A stretch of 64,000 nucleotides of DNA from Candidatus Woesearchaeota archaeon (GCA_046704725.1 JBJKRI010000006.1:187482-251481); one strand, 5' to 3'; numbered from the stretch's first letter, positions 18,368-28,160 are shown. Numbers and translations: made by a program. Notes: generated by a model from the sequence alone, not told the origin.

Positions 18368-21300
18368 TCAGAGCTTGAGGCTCGTCACCTGGGATTCGCC
18401 GTGCTCGTTCATGGAGACGCCGAAAAGCGTGTCGGCCTCGCTGATGATCGTGTCGTTGTGGCTGATCATGATGTACTGCGCGCCGTCGCTGTAGGAGCGC
18501 ACGAGCTTGGCGAGACGCTCGCTGTTCTTCTTGTCGAGCGCGGCGTCCACCTCGTCTAGCACGTAGAACGACGCAGGTTCGTACTCCTGGATGGCGAACA
18601 AGAACGCCAAGGCGGTCATCGTCTTCTCGCCGCCCGACAAGGAGCGGATATCCATGAACTTCTTTCCCGTGAGGCGCACTCGGATGTTGAGCCCGCCCGC
18701 GAACGGGTCGTCAGGGACCTCCAGTTCGAGGAAGGCCTCTCCCTTGCGCGAAAGCGTGAGGAAAATCTCCTTGAAGTGCCCCTCGATAGCGTTGAAGGTC
18801 CTCATGAAGAGCTCGCGCTTCTTCGCGTCGATCTCGTTGATCATGACGAGCACGTCCTCGCGCTCCCCGCCGAGCACCTCTTTCTTCTCGACGAGCGAGG
18901 CGTACTCGCTCTCCACGCGCTCGTACATCTCGAGCGCCTTCATGTTGACGGCGCCCATTTCCTGGACCATGCGCTCGAACTGCGCGATCTCGCGCTGGAT
19001 GTCGGCGTCGGCCTTCGTCTTGAACGGCTCGACGCCCTCGTACTCCTTGGCCTCCTCCTCGATACCGGCGAGCTCGGCCTTAAGCGAGGCGAGCTGGATG
19101 CTCGAAGCGTTGCGCGCGTGCTCGGACTTGCGGACCTTGTCCTCCTCGACGATCACCTTCTCCTCGCGCTTAGTGACCTCGTCCTGGAGCTTCTGACGCT
19201 CCTCGAACAAGCCCTTGAACTGCTTGCGGAACTCCGCCTCCTTCTTCTCCTTGACGGACAGGTCCTTCTGCAGGGACGCGAGCTCCTTTCCGAGCGTGTC
19301 CTGCTCTTTCATGAACGAGGCGCGCTCCTTCTCCTGCTGGTCGAGGATCTTGTCGATGTTCTCGAGCTCGGGACGATGAATGCTGTCGATCTGTCCCTTC
19401 AACGAATCGGCCTGCGTGCGGATCTCCGCGATCTCCACGCCGATCTTCTGCTTCTGCTGCTCGAAGGTGTTGAGCTCGGCGAGGAGCTGCGGGCTGCGCA
19501 GCGCGGTCACTTTCTCGCGCAACGAGTGCTTCTCTGTCTTGAGCTTGGCGAGCTCCTTGTTCTTCGCGCTCACGTCAGCGACGACAGCGTCGATGTCTTT
19601 CTCGAGCGCTTTGGCGCGCTCCTTCAACGATTGCTTCTCGCCCTTGGACGCATCGACGTCATCGGAATCGATATGCAGCTCGCGCTCCAACGAAGCGACC
19701 TCGTCCTCAAGCTTGTGGCGACGAGAACGCAGGTCCTCGATATCCTTCGTGAGGGACTCCTGCTCCTTTGACAAACGGGACGCGACGCTCTGCAGGTCAG
19801 CCACTTCCTTCTCCAGCTCGGCGAGACGGCCCGCCACCTCTTCCTCGACGAAGCCTACGCCCTTGGCGCGCGCGCGGTACCCGCCGCTCATGGCACCGGA
19901 GGTCTCGACGAGATCGCCCTGCAAGGTCACCATGCGCACGCGACCGATACCGACCTTTCGCGCGGTGTCCAGGTCCTTGACGACCAGCGTGCTTCCCAGC
20001 GCGTGCTGGAAGGCCTTCTCGAACCGCTTGTCGAAACTGACGAGGTCGATGGCAAGCCCGTGCACGCCGGACTGCTTGAGGTTTCGCAGTTCAGCAGGGA
20101 TCGGACGGGAGGAGAGCTTGTTGAGCGGGAGGAAAGTGGCGACGCCGCTGCGGCTGCGCTTGAGCTGCGCGATGCAATCCTGCGCGGTGCGGTCGTCCTC
20201 GACGACGATGCTGCGCAGCCGTCCGCCGGCCGCGATCTCGAGCGCGAGGGAATACTGCTCGGAGACGCGTCCTAATTCAGCGACGGTGCCGTGGATCTTC
20301 TTGTTCTTGCTGCGCAGGGCGAGTATCTCCTGCGTGGCCCTGCCCGCTGCGGTGCGCTCTTGCGCCGCGGCCTGCCGGGCGCGCACCTTGGCGAGCTCTT
20401 GCTCGCGGGTCTCGAGCTTGCCGCGAGCGGTCTGCAGTTCAGAGACGACAGCTGAGGAACGGTCGAGCTTGCCGTCGAGCTCGCGCTTGACGCCAGCGAG
20501 CTCCGAGCGGGCGGCCTTGAGCCGGGCGAGCTGGGTCTTGTTCTCTTTTTGCGCCTCAAGCACTTTCGCCATACGTTCATCGATGGTCTGTATCTGGTAC
20601 TCGAGCCTGTCCTTGTCGCGCAGCAATTCCTGCTGCTTCTCGCGCAAGGACTGTATCTCCTGCTGGAGACTGTCGGCGGCCGAGTCGATCTCCTGGATGC
20701 GCCCGTCCATGCCGGACGCTCCCTCGAGGTCGTGCTTCTTGCGCAACGCATCCGCCTTCGCCTCCAGGCGGCTGCGGTCCTTCTCGCGCGCGGCGATGCG
20801 TTTGTGCGCGGCGGCGATGTCCTTCTCGAGCTGGGCGACCCGTTGCTCTGTCGATTTCTTGTTCTCCTCGAGGCTCTTGCGCCGCTCGGCGATGCGCGAC
20901 AGCTCCTGGGTGAGCTGCTCGGTGCGCTGCTTCTTGACGGCGAGGTCCACCTTGAGCTGCTCGACCTCGCGATGGAGCGCGACCTGCTCTTTCTCGCCGC
21001 GCTCCTCGATCTCTCGCGTGACCTTGTCGATGCCGCGCTTGTTCTCGACGATCTCCTTTTTCAGCGCGTCGATGCGCTCTTGGACCGCGGCGATGCCGCT
21101 CTCCTCCTTCTCGATCTTGCTCTCGAGCTCGGCGATGCGCGACTTGCGCTCGTCGGCCTTGCGCACGAGGACTGTTGCCTTGTTGCGCTTGAGCTTGTCG
21201 TCGAGCTCCTTGAACTTGAGCGCCTGGTCGCGTTCCTTCTTGAGCTCCTTGAGGTAGGTGTTGCGCTCGGCGAGAACGATCTCGGCCTCCTTGAGCTGCT

Positions 21301-21898
21301 GGTCCACGCGGTCGAGCTCGCGCTCGGCCTTGGCTTTTTTCTCCTCGTAGATGCTGATGCCGCTGATCTCCTCGATGATGCCTCGCCGCTCGTTGGGGCT
21401 CATCTCCACCAAACGGATGATATCGCCCTGCAATATGATGTTGTAGCCGTCGGGATTGATGCGCGCGTGGCTGAGCAAATCGACGATCTGCGTGCGCGTC
21501 GCGGTCTCGTCGTTGATGAGATAGTCGGAAGAGCCGCTCTGCTTGACGACGCGGCTGATCTTGATCTCTTTCTCCTTGACGGGGAACACGCCGCTGGCGT
21601 TGTCGAAATAGATATGGACCTCACCCTGCTTGGCGGGATTCTTGGTCTTGCCGCCGTTGTAGATGAGGTTCGCGGTCTTCTCGGCGCGCAATCCCTTGCT
21701 GCCCGCTTTTCCCAGAACGAAGCACAAGGCGTCGAGCACATTGCTCTTTCCCGAACCATTCGGGCCGAGGATGCAGTTGAAGTCAGGGCCGTAGGGGACG
21801 TCCACCTTATGCGCGAAGCTCTTGAAACCCTTCATCTCCATCCGAGTGATACGGGTGGTCAGGTGCTTCTGTTCGGAGACGCTCTCTTGCTCGGCCAC
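18368..21898 (-). CDS. smc: Chromosome segregation protein SMC
   Basis: GPNGSGKSN, long coiled coils, hinge G...GG, LSGGEK, VLDEVDAALD, ISH. Confidence 0.97.
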   Translation of the reverse strand: MAEQESVSEQKHLTTRITRMEMKGFKSFAHKVDVPYGPDFNCILGPNGSGKSNVLDALCFVLGKAGSKGLRAEKTANLIYNGGKTKNPAKQGEVHIYFDNASGVFPVKEKEIKISRVVKQSGSSDYLINDETATRTQIVDLLSHARINPDGYNIILQGDIIRLVEMSPNERRGIIEEISGISIYEEKKAKAERELDRVDQQLKEAEIVLAERNTYLKELKKERDQALKFKELDDKLKRNKATVLVRKADERKSRIAELESKIEKEESGIAAVQERIDALKKEIVENKRGIDKVTREIEERGEKEQVALHREVEQLKVDLAVKKQRTEQLTQELSRIAERRKSLEENKKSTEQRVAQLEKDIAAAHKRIAAREKDRSRLEAKADALRKKHDLEGASGMDGRIQEIDSAADSLQQEIQSLREKQQELLRDKDRLEYQIQTIDERMAKVLEAQKENKTQLARLKAARSELAGVKRELDGKLDRSSAVVSELQTARGKLETREQELAKVRARQAAAQERTAAGRATQEILALRSKNKKIHGTVAELGRVSEQYSLALEIAAGGRLRSIVVEDDRTAQDCIAQLKRSRSGVATFLPLNKLSSRPIPAELRNLKQSGVHGLAIDLVSFDKRFEKAFQHALGSTLVVKDLDTARKVGIGRVRMVTLQGDLVETSGAMSGGYRARAKGVGFVEEEVAGRLAELEKEVADLQSVASRLSKEQESLTKDIEDLRSRRHKLEDEVASLERELHIDSDDVDASKGEKQSLKERAKALEKDIDAVVADVSAKNKELAKLKTEKHSLREKVTALRSPQLLAELNTFEQQKQKIGVEIAEIRTQADSLKGQIDSIHRPELENIDKILDQQEKERASFMKEQDTLGKELASLQKDLSVKEKKEAEFRKQFKGLFEERQKLQDEVTKREEKVIVEEDKVRKSEHARNASSIQLASLKAELAGIEEEAKEYEGVEPFKTKADADIQREIAQFERMVQEMGAVNMKALEMYERVESEYASLVEKKEVLGGEREDVLVMINEIDAKKRELFMRTFNAIEGHFKEIFLTLSRKGEAFLELEVPDDPFAGGLNIRVRLTGKKFMDIRSLSGGEKTMTALAFLFAIQEYEPASFYVLDEVDAALDKKNSERLAKLVRSYSDGAQYIMISHNDTIISEADTLFGVSMNEHGESQVTSLKL

Positions 21899-21958
21899 GG
21901 GTGGATGTGGGCAGGATGTGCGTATTTAAAGGTTTTCGTGACGGACGAAAACGTCCTG

Positions 21959-22160
21959 CTGTTTCTGCGGTGTCTCGTACGTCCGGGCGATACGCAAGGC
22001 GTACGCCATCGGGCACCATCCGCAAGGGTCTTCAGAAGGGCGTCCGTCCGGCTCCGGGAGTCCCTTCGCGCGAAGGGGTCCATGATAGGTGGATGACGGG
22101 GGAGGCGCGACGGGAGGCTTAGTCACCATAGCCGTGCATCGAGACGCCTGCATAAAACAG
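21959..22160 (+). ncRNA. Candidate structured ncRNA of about 200 nt, family unknown
   Basis: 5' end CTGTTT-CTGCGG-TGTCTCG pairs with 3' end CGAGACG-CCTGCA-TAAAACAG; internal hairpins including ATCC-GCAA-GGGT; TTTAAA about 28 bp upstream. Confidence 0.45.
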
Positions 22161-22166
22161 TTTCCC

Positions 22167-22451
22167 TCAACGCAACTTCCTGTACAGAGTTGCGGCTTTT
22201 CTTAGAAACGGCATCGCCTGGTCTAGAGCTTCTTTCGTGAAGCTGCCTCGCGCGAGAATGCGGGAAGCCTCTTCGAGGAGGTGTTGAAAGTTTTCTGCCC
22301 GTCGAGCGTTCGGTCCACTCACGGCCAGACGCTTCGCCTTTTCCTCCACTTCCAAGAGGATACGAGCCGCATCCTCCCGCTGGTGGGGCGTCTCGGCTTT
22401 CTGAAGTCCTCGCATCGCCACGTCGAAGAGGCCTCTATCGAATTCACTCAT
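22167..22451 (-). CDS. Small hypothetical helical protein
   Basis: 94-aa ORF coupled to rnhB by ATGA overlap. Confidence 0.55.
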   Translation of the reverse strand: MSEFDRGLFDVAMRGLQKAETPHQREDAARILLEVEEKAKRLAVSGPNARRAENFQHLLEEASRILARGSFTKEALDQAMPFLRKAATLYRKLR

Positions 22452-23065
22452 TGGAACAACACCCGCTGTTGTTTTCCCGCGACGCGGTCCTTGTAGGGCT
22501 GCCAGGACCTGCGGAAGTGCGGGAAGTCCGCATCGAAGTCGTCGAGGAAGGATTGCGTGCGCGGGTCGGTCAGGTACCCGGAGCCGAACTCCACGCCGAG
22601 GTCACGCTTGATGGCGTCTATCAAGCGGTCGCGGGTCACTTTCGCGATGATGGAAGCGGCGGAGACGACCTTGTACTTCTGGTCGGCCTTGAACATCGCG
22701 CGGACCTCGCAGCCAGGGACAGCAGAGGCGATGTGCGCGGCGAAGCCTTCGCGGTCGCGCGAGGGACAATCGATGATGGCTTCTGTCGCTCCAAGTTCGG
22801 AGAGCAGGGCGATCATGTGCTTGGCCTCGAGCCAGTTCAGACGACCTTGGAAGACCCATTCGTCAATCTCTTTCGGAGGCACGATACGCACGGCGTGCGG
22901 CAGGCGAGCGATGCGCTCGAAGAGCTCCTCGCGCTTCTCACGGGTGAGGAGCTTGGAGTCCTTGAGCCCCTTGGGGAGCTGCGAGTGGTTCTCGACAGCG
23001 ACGGCCGCGACGACCATGGGACCGATGATAGGCCCGCGTCCCGCCTCGTCCACCCCGCAGATCAT
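22448..23065 (-). CDS. rnhB: Ribonuclease HII
   Basis: GVDEAGRGP, DSK, KAD, AASIIAKVTRD, GSGY. Confidence 0.96.
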   Translation of the reverse strand: MICGVDEAGRGPIIGPMVVAAVAVENHSQLPKGLKDSKLLTREKREELFERIARLPHAVRIVPPKEIDEWVFQGRLNWLEAKHMIALLSELGATEAIIDCPSRDREGFAAHIASAVPGCEVRAMFKADQKYKVVSAASIIAKVTRDRLIDAIKRDLGVEFGSGYLTDPRTQSFLDDFDADFPHFRRSWQPYKDRVAGKQQRVLFQ

Positions 23066-23088
23066 GGCGTGTCGCTCCGGAAACTCCC

Positions 23089-23664
23089 CTATAAATCCTT
23101 CGCGTACTGCGGAACGTGGGTGAGCATGAAGCGCTCGATGCGCTTGTCATCGCCTTGCGGGAGCGTGGAGAGCATGAAGTCCTCGAGCTGCCGCATGTCG
23201 AGCTCGTGCAGGCGGTGGACCGCCGGGTCGACGGACGGAGCGGCGACTCCCTTGAAGACGTCTTTTCCCGAGAAGACGTGGCGGAAGATCATGAGCGCGC
23301 GGGCAAGGTGATAATCGCTCGTCACGAGAATGAAGCGCCGCGCTGAAGCGCGTACGAGCAGGCGCTTGGTGTAGACCGCGTTGCCGATGGTGTCACGACT
23401 GCGCTCCTCCAAGACCAAGCGTGAACGCGGCGCGCCCCGCGCTACGAGGTAGTCCGCCATCGCGCGGGCCTCGCTTTTTCCCGCGGCGCGCATGCCGCCC
23501 GTGAGGACGAGCCGCTCGACGACCTCTTCATCTAATAACTGCAGGCCGGCGTCGCAACGCGCCATGGTGTCCGCGTGGATGTGTCCGTGCGCATCGATAC
23601 CACCGGCGAGCACGATACAGACCGACGCCCAATCCGGATAGACAGAGAGATAGTCGTCGTGCAT
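23089..23664 (-). CDS. YdcF/DUF218 (ElyC/SanA-like) protein
   Basis: VLTGG, SEARAM, EERSRDTIGNA, VTSDYHLARA; start uncertain. Confidence 0.85.
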   Translation of the reverse strand: MHDDYLSVYPDWASVCIVLAGGIDAHGHIHADTMARCDAGLQLLDEEVVERLVLTGGMRAAGKSEARAMADYLVARGAPRSRLVLEERSRDTIGNAVYTKRLLVRASARRFILVTSDYHLARALMIFRHVFSGKDVFKGVAAPSVDPAVHRLHELDMRQLEDFMLSTLPQGDDKRIERFMLTHVPQYAKDL

Positions 23665-23771
23665 GCGCAGGTCTTCCAGCAAGAGCTATTTCAACGTTCG
23701 CAGAACGAATAGCCACTATTCAGTGAGTACTCCGCGAAACATTTATATCTCCCGCGCTGTTCCACGAACAC

Positions 23772-24230
23772 ATGAATTGGGGTAGAATCGGACGCGGAAT
23801 CGGATTGGTGGCGCTCACAGCGGCAGCAGCGGCGTGCAGCAAACCTCCAGTCATCCAAAAGAGCGCGTTCGAGAAAAAGCTCTCTCATCTTCACGACCGA
23901 ATAAAGTGGACGATCAAGCGCGGAGATGACACCTACGCAGCAGGCCTCTGGTATAGCATTGGACAGTTCGGGAACTCTGCCATACTCAGGGTAGTAAGAT
24001 TGAACGCGAACGGCACTCCCGATCAGAACGTGTCCATGCTCGTCGCGAACGACTACAACTTCGACCAGAAGCCCGACGAGATATTCCTTGTGCCGGTCGA
24101 TCAGTTCAACCCGGACCACGGGACACTCATCCGACCCGACGGGTACCTGAACCACCTCTTCCAGAACCCGAAGCTCATCGCGCAGCTGTACCACCATCAG
24201 CAACAGCCGCCCGCCTGCAAAGGGCAATGA
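23772..24230 (+). CDS. Putative lipoprotein (orphan)
   Basis: Signal-like N-terminus ending ALTAAAAAC; TTTATAT upstream. Confidence 0.6.
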   Translation: MNWGRIGRGIGLVALTAAAAACSKPPVIQKSAFEKKLSHLHDRIKWTIKRGDDTYAAGLWYSIGQFGNSAILRVVRLNANGTPDQNVSMLVANDYNFDQKPDEIFLVPVDQFNPDHGTLIRPDGYLNHLFQNPKLIAQLYHHQQQPPACKGQ

Positions 24231-24258
24231 AGAAATAGACGCGTGACATATAGCATGC

Positions 24259-24459
24259 ATGAGCAAGATGCATTCTCGACGAAAGCGTGCCTTGGGTATC
24301 AGCACCCACCGGCACGGACAGATGCCCGCGCCGCCGCAGTTCCGTCAGAAGACGTTCAAGTCGGAGGGAGCGGCGAAGGAGTGGGCCAAAGCGCACGGCG
24401 TGACCATCAAGGAGCTGGTGCCAGCCAAGAAGGGCAAGCGACTTCGTATCGTCGCCTGA
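24259..24459 (+). CDS. Small basic hypothetical protein
   Basis: Lys/Arg-rich ORF (KTFKSEGAAKEWA) with coding-like codon use; start uncertain. Confidence 0.55.
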   Translation: MSKMHSRRKRALGISTHRHGQMPAPPQFRQKTFKSEGAAKEWAKAHGVTIKELVPAKKGKRLRIVA

Positions 24460-24499
24460 TAGGTTTATAAGCGACGCATTTTTGCCACCCTTCACCGCC

Positions 24500-24573
24500 G
24501 GGGTGGTGGTCTAGCTTGGTATGATTCGCGGTTCGGGGCCGCGAGATCGAGAGTTCGAATCTCTCCCACCCCA
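24500..24573 (+). tRNA. tRNA-Pro(CGG)
   Basis: Acceptor stem GGGGTGG/CCACCCC, anticodon arm CGCGG-TTCGGGG-CCGCG, T-arm GAGAG-TTCGAAT-CTCTC; TTTATAA upstream. Confidence 0.92.
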
Positions 24574-24602
24574 TTCAGCACAGAGCGGCAGCGCTATAAG
24601 AA

Positions 24603-24893
24603 CTACAGTCCGAAGAAGCGGGACAGATGATAGACCGCGAGATTCGCGGACGCCACCCCAGTCCCCGTGGCGGTGATTATCCCGCCCGCGCTATGGATGG
24701 AAGGGATGCCATTCCAGGTCATCTCAGCATGACCAAGCATCACGGCGCCAGCGAAAGCAAATCCCAATCCATAGACCGCGGCACGTCGGGCCCTGCCGGG
24801 CAGGTCGTGCATGTCTCGGTATTCACCGGGAGCGGGGATGATGGCGCCCAAGTCCTTGACGCCTTGCTTGACTCGCGTGTACAAAGAATCCAT
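24603..24893 (-). CDS. Small membrane protein (orphan)
   Basis: 96-aa ORF with two Gly/Ala-rich hydrophobic segments. Confidence 0.5.
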   Translation of the reverse strand: MDSLYTRVKQGVKDLGAIIPAPGEYRDMHDLPGRARRAAVYGLGFAFAGAVMLGHAEMTWNGIPSIHSAGGIITATGTGVASANLAVYHLSRFFGL

Positions 24894-24948
24894 CGTTTCG
24901 AGAGCTACGTGTCCATCACCCCTGGAGCATGACCGCTATTTTAAAGCC

Positions 24949-25179
24949 TTATGCATGTTTGCCGCCCATGTAGCGCTCTTTGAAGCGTGCGGCGAACCAG
25001 TGCCTGTCGGGCGCGAACTCGGCGTCTTCAATGACAGTCACGTCGTACGCGTAGATCTCCAGCAGGGTCCGCACGGAATGCGTGTCCGCCTTGAGCAGGG
25101 CGCGGGCCTCATCGGTGAGTTCGATGGTGCTCCACTTGCGCAGGAAAGCGCGCACCAGCTCCTCCCCCTCAGACCGCAC
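24949..25179 (-). CDS. Small hypothetical protein
   Basis: GTG start with GGAGG upstream, overlapping the dus stop. Confidence 0.5.
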   Translation of the reverse strand: MRSEGEELVRAFLRKWSTIELTDEARALLKADTHSVRTLLEIYAYDVTVIEDAEFAPDRHWFAARFKERYMGGKHA

Positions 25180-26104
25180 GGGACGCCTCCATCGCTTCGG
25201 CGAGTTCTTGACGCGTCCTCGCGCGGACAAGGCGCTCGCGGATGTGCCGCGCGCCATCCACGCCTTTGGTGAGCTGCATGGCGTGGCTCTTCATGCGGAT
25301 GAAGTCGAGCCCGAAACGGTCGGCGAGCGAGACGTACTCGTTGAAGAGGGAGAGCTTGTCCTCGTCGGAGACCGGCTCGTAGCCCCCTTCGCTGCGCAGG
25401 CGCTCGGCCTGCGCGAAGATGAACGGGTTCTTGCGGGCCCCGCGACCAATCATGACCGCGTCGCAGCCCGTATCGAGCATCCTGTTCGCGTCCTCGGGCG
25501 TGAAGACATCGCCGTTGCCGATGACGGGCACGTCGAGGGTCTGTTTGAGCCGTTTGATCGCGTCCCAGTCCGCTTCGCCGGAGTAGCCCTGTCGCGTGGT
25601 GCGGCCGTGGAGCGTGACGGCGACCGCGCCCGCGTCCACGCAGCGGCGCGCGACCTCGAGATAGTTCTCGTTGTTCTTGGAGAGCCCGAGACGGAGCTTG
25701 ACGGTGAACGGTTTTGATAACGCGGAGGAGACCTCGCGGACGAGTCCCTCGATGTGGGCCGGGTCGGCGAGCAAGGCGCTGCCCGCCCCCTGGCTGAGGA
25801 TATGCCATGCAGGGCAACCGAGATTGAAGTCGATGACCGTCGCTTTCTCCTCGACGAGCTTCGCCGCTTGCTTGACGGTGTCGACGCTGCTGCCGAAGAG
25901 CTGGATGCCGACGGGAGTCTCCTCTTCGGCGATGACGAGCTGCTGGTGCGTGACGAGATTGCCGCGCACGATGCCGTCGGCGCTGCAGAACTCGGTGGTG
26001 GTCATGGCTGCGCCGTGCTTTCTGCAGAGCACGCGGAACGCGACGTCGGTGACGCCGCTCATGGGCGCGAGGACGAACGGCGAGGAGAGCCGGGGAAAGC
26101 GCAT
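25169..26104 (-). CDS. dus: tRNA-dihydrouridine synthase
   Basis: LAPMSGVTD, DFNLGCP, GAGSALL, HGRT, GNGD, MIGRG. Confidence 0.95.
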   Translation of the reverse strand: MRFPRLSSPFVLAPMSGVTDVAFRVLCRKHGAAMTTTEFCSADGIVRGNLVTHQQLVIAEEETPVGIQLFGSSVDTVKQAAKLVEEKATVIDFNLGCPAWHILSQGAGSALLADPAHIEGLVREVSSALSKPFTVKLRLGLSKNNENYLEVARRCVDAGAVAVTLHGRTTRQGYSGEADWDAIKRLKQTLDVPVIGNGDVFTPEDANRMLDTGCDAVMIGRGARKNPFIFAQAERLRSEGGYEPVSDEDKLSLFNEYVSLADRFGLDFIRMKSHAMQLTKGVDGARHIRERLVRARTRQELAEAMEASRAV

Positions 26105-26280
26105 ACCCCTGGAGACACTCACTCGCTTAAATACCATACCAGTATTCGTTTCTATATGGAAGCGCTCATTTTATAAGGGAGCAGCCGTTCCGTCCGGGCA
26201 GTAATCAGCGCAGGAGAGTTCCCACACGCGAATTCTCACCACGACCGCGCGCAAGACGCGGCGGACCGATTACCGATACC

Positions 26281-27684
26281 ATGGAAACACCAGATACAGA
26301 CACCAAGAAGACCTTCGCCGACCTCGGCGTGGACAAAGCGATCGTGGACGCCCTCAAGAAGATGGAGATCATCAACCCGACAGGGATCCAGGCGGAGAGC
26401 ATCCCGTTCGGCCTCAAAGGAGAGGATGTCATCGGACGGGCCAAGACCGGCAGCGGAAAGACCATCGCCTTCTCCATCCCCATCGTGCAAGAGCTCGCAG
26501 GGAAAGAGGGACGGGGCATCAAGGCCATTATCCTCGCGCCGACAAGGGAACTGGCGAAGCAGGTGGACGAGGAGTTGCGCAGCGTCGCGGAACACACCAA
26601 GCTCCAGACGGCCGTCATCTACGGCGGCGTGGAGTACGAGCCGCAATTCGCCGCCCTCGAGAAAGCGGACATCCTCATCGGAACGCCCGGACGCATCCTC
26701 GACCACATGGAGCGCAAGACCGTGGACCTCGGCAGCGTCGAGTTCTTCGTCCTCGACGAAGCGGACCGCATGCTCGACATGGGCTTCATCGATGATATCA
26801 AGCGCGTATTGGCCAAGACGCCGCCGCACAAGCAGTCATTTTTCTTCTCGGCGACCATGCCCGGAGAGGCACGCGACCTGGCGGAGAGCTTCATGCACGA
26901 CCCCAAGTACGTCGCCATGAAGGACGTGTACGTGGACAACGACCTGCTCACCGAATGGTACATCGACGTCATCGCGACCTGCAAGGCCGACATGTGCGCC
27001 GAAGTGCTCAAACGGGAAGAACCGGAACTGGCATTGATCTTCGTGAACAGCCGATTGTTCACGGACAAGCTCGCCGAATACCTCGAGAAACAGGGCTTCT
27101 CGGTCAAGGCATTGCACGGCGGACACGCGCAGAACAAGCGCGAGAAGATGGTCAGCGACTTCGAGAAGGGCGAGTTCAAGGTGCTCGTGGCGACCGATGT
27201 GGCCGCGCGCGGCCTGGACATCGAAGGCATCACGCACGTCATCAACTTCGAGGTGCCGCGGGACGCGCAGACCTATACGCACCGCATCGGACGCACGGCG
27301 CGCGCCGGAGCGGCCGGAACGGCAATCACGCTGCTCGACCGCGAGGAGCACCGCGAATTCAGCCGCATCGAGGGCGATTCGCTGCGCGACATCAACAAGT
27401 ACGAGATCGACTACCGGCCCAAGAAGGTCTACTTCCTGCCGCGCAGGGACGGCCCGCGCGACGACAGGGGACGCGGACGGGGACGCGGCGGCCCGAGACG
27501 GCACGGGAGCGGCGGACACGGACGTGGTGGACATGGTCGTGGCGGTCACGGAGGCGGAGGCCATGGCGGCCCGAGACGGCACGGGAGCGGCGGACGCCCA
27601 CGGCGCGGGAAGAGCGAGCACTCCGACAACCACGGGAAACGCTCGCACGACCCGGCATCCAAGACCTACATGCCGAAAGTCTAG
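26281..27684 (+). CDS. DEAD-box RNA helicase with RGG/His-rich tail
   Basis: AKTGSGKT, PTRELA, TPGR, DEAD, SAT, ARGLD, HRIGRTAR. Confidence 0.96.
   Translation: METPDTDTKKTFADLGVDKAIVDALKKMEIINPTGIQAESIPFGLKGEDVIGRAKTGSGKTIAFSIPIVQELAGKEGRGIKAIILAPTRELAKQVDEELRSVAEHTKLQTAVIYGGVEYEPQFAALEKADILIGTPGRILDHMERKTVDLGSVEFFVLDEADRMLDMGFIDDIKRVLAKTPPHKQSFFFSATMPGEARDLAESFMHDPKYVAMKDVYVDNDLLTEWYIDVIATCKADMCAEVLKREEPELALIFVNSRLFTDKLAEYLEKQGFSVKALHGGHAQNKREKMVSDFEKGEFKVLVATDVAARGLDIEGITHVINFEVPRDAQTYTHRIGRTARAGAAGTAITLLDREEHREFSRIEGDSLRDINKYEIDYRPKKVYFLPRRDGPRDDRGRGRGRGGPRRHGSGGHGRGGHGRGGHGGGGHGGPRRHGSGGRPRRGKSEHSDNHGKRSHDPASKTYMPKV
27487..27595 (+). repeat. 31-bp direct repeat in the helicase tail (GGPRRHGSGG x2)
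   Basis: ggcggcccgagacggcacgggagcggcggac at 27487-27517 and 27565-27595. Confidence 0.85.
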
Positions 27685-28115
27685 GGCGCGTGAAGGGCAT
27701 CGCGCAGGCGTGCCCCGACGGCGAGGACGACGCGGTCCGGAACGTGGAACCGCTTGTAGAGCGAATGCTCCGAATAGATGTCTTCGAAGCAGGGATCCGG
27801 CGGGATACGGAGATCACCGAAGGCCGCTCCTCCGGAGTATCGCGGGATTAGGTGCACGTGAAGGTGATGGGCCTCGTTCTGCAGGTTCGCCCAATCCACC
27901 CTGCCCGCGCCGAAGGTCGAGATTGTGAGGTCCGAGAGCCGAACTATCAGATCTCCGAGGTCGCTCCATTCACCTTCATCAAGACTTGTAATCGAACGGT
28001 CCTCGGGTTCGGGGGTCGCAAGCCACAGGTACGAGCGTCCGAGGTGGAATTGCCGCTTGTGCACATACCAATCCCACCTCCCGAGGTGAGCGATGCGGTA
28101 CGGCGTCCAGTCCAT
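27681..28115 (-). CDS. HIT-family protein
   Basis: LQNEAHHLHVHLIPRY histidine triad. Confidence 0.8.
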   Translation of the reverse strand: MDWTPYRIAHLGRWDWYVHKRQFHLGRSYLWLATPEPEDRSITSLDEGEWSDLGDLIVRLSDLTISTFGAGRVDWANLQNEAHHLHVHLIPRYSGGAAFGDLRIPPDPCFEDIYSEHSLYKRFHVPDRVVLAVGARLRDALHAP

Positions 28116-28160
28116 GGGGAATGGGAGCGACCGCACGCTTTTCTTGCTTTCGTGCGTGAT

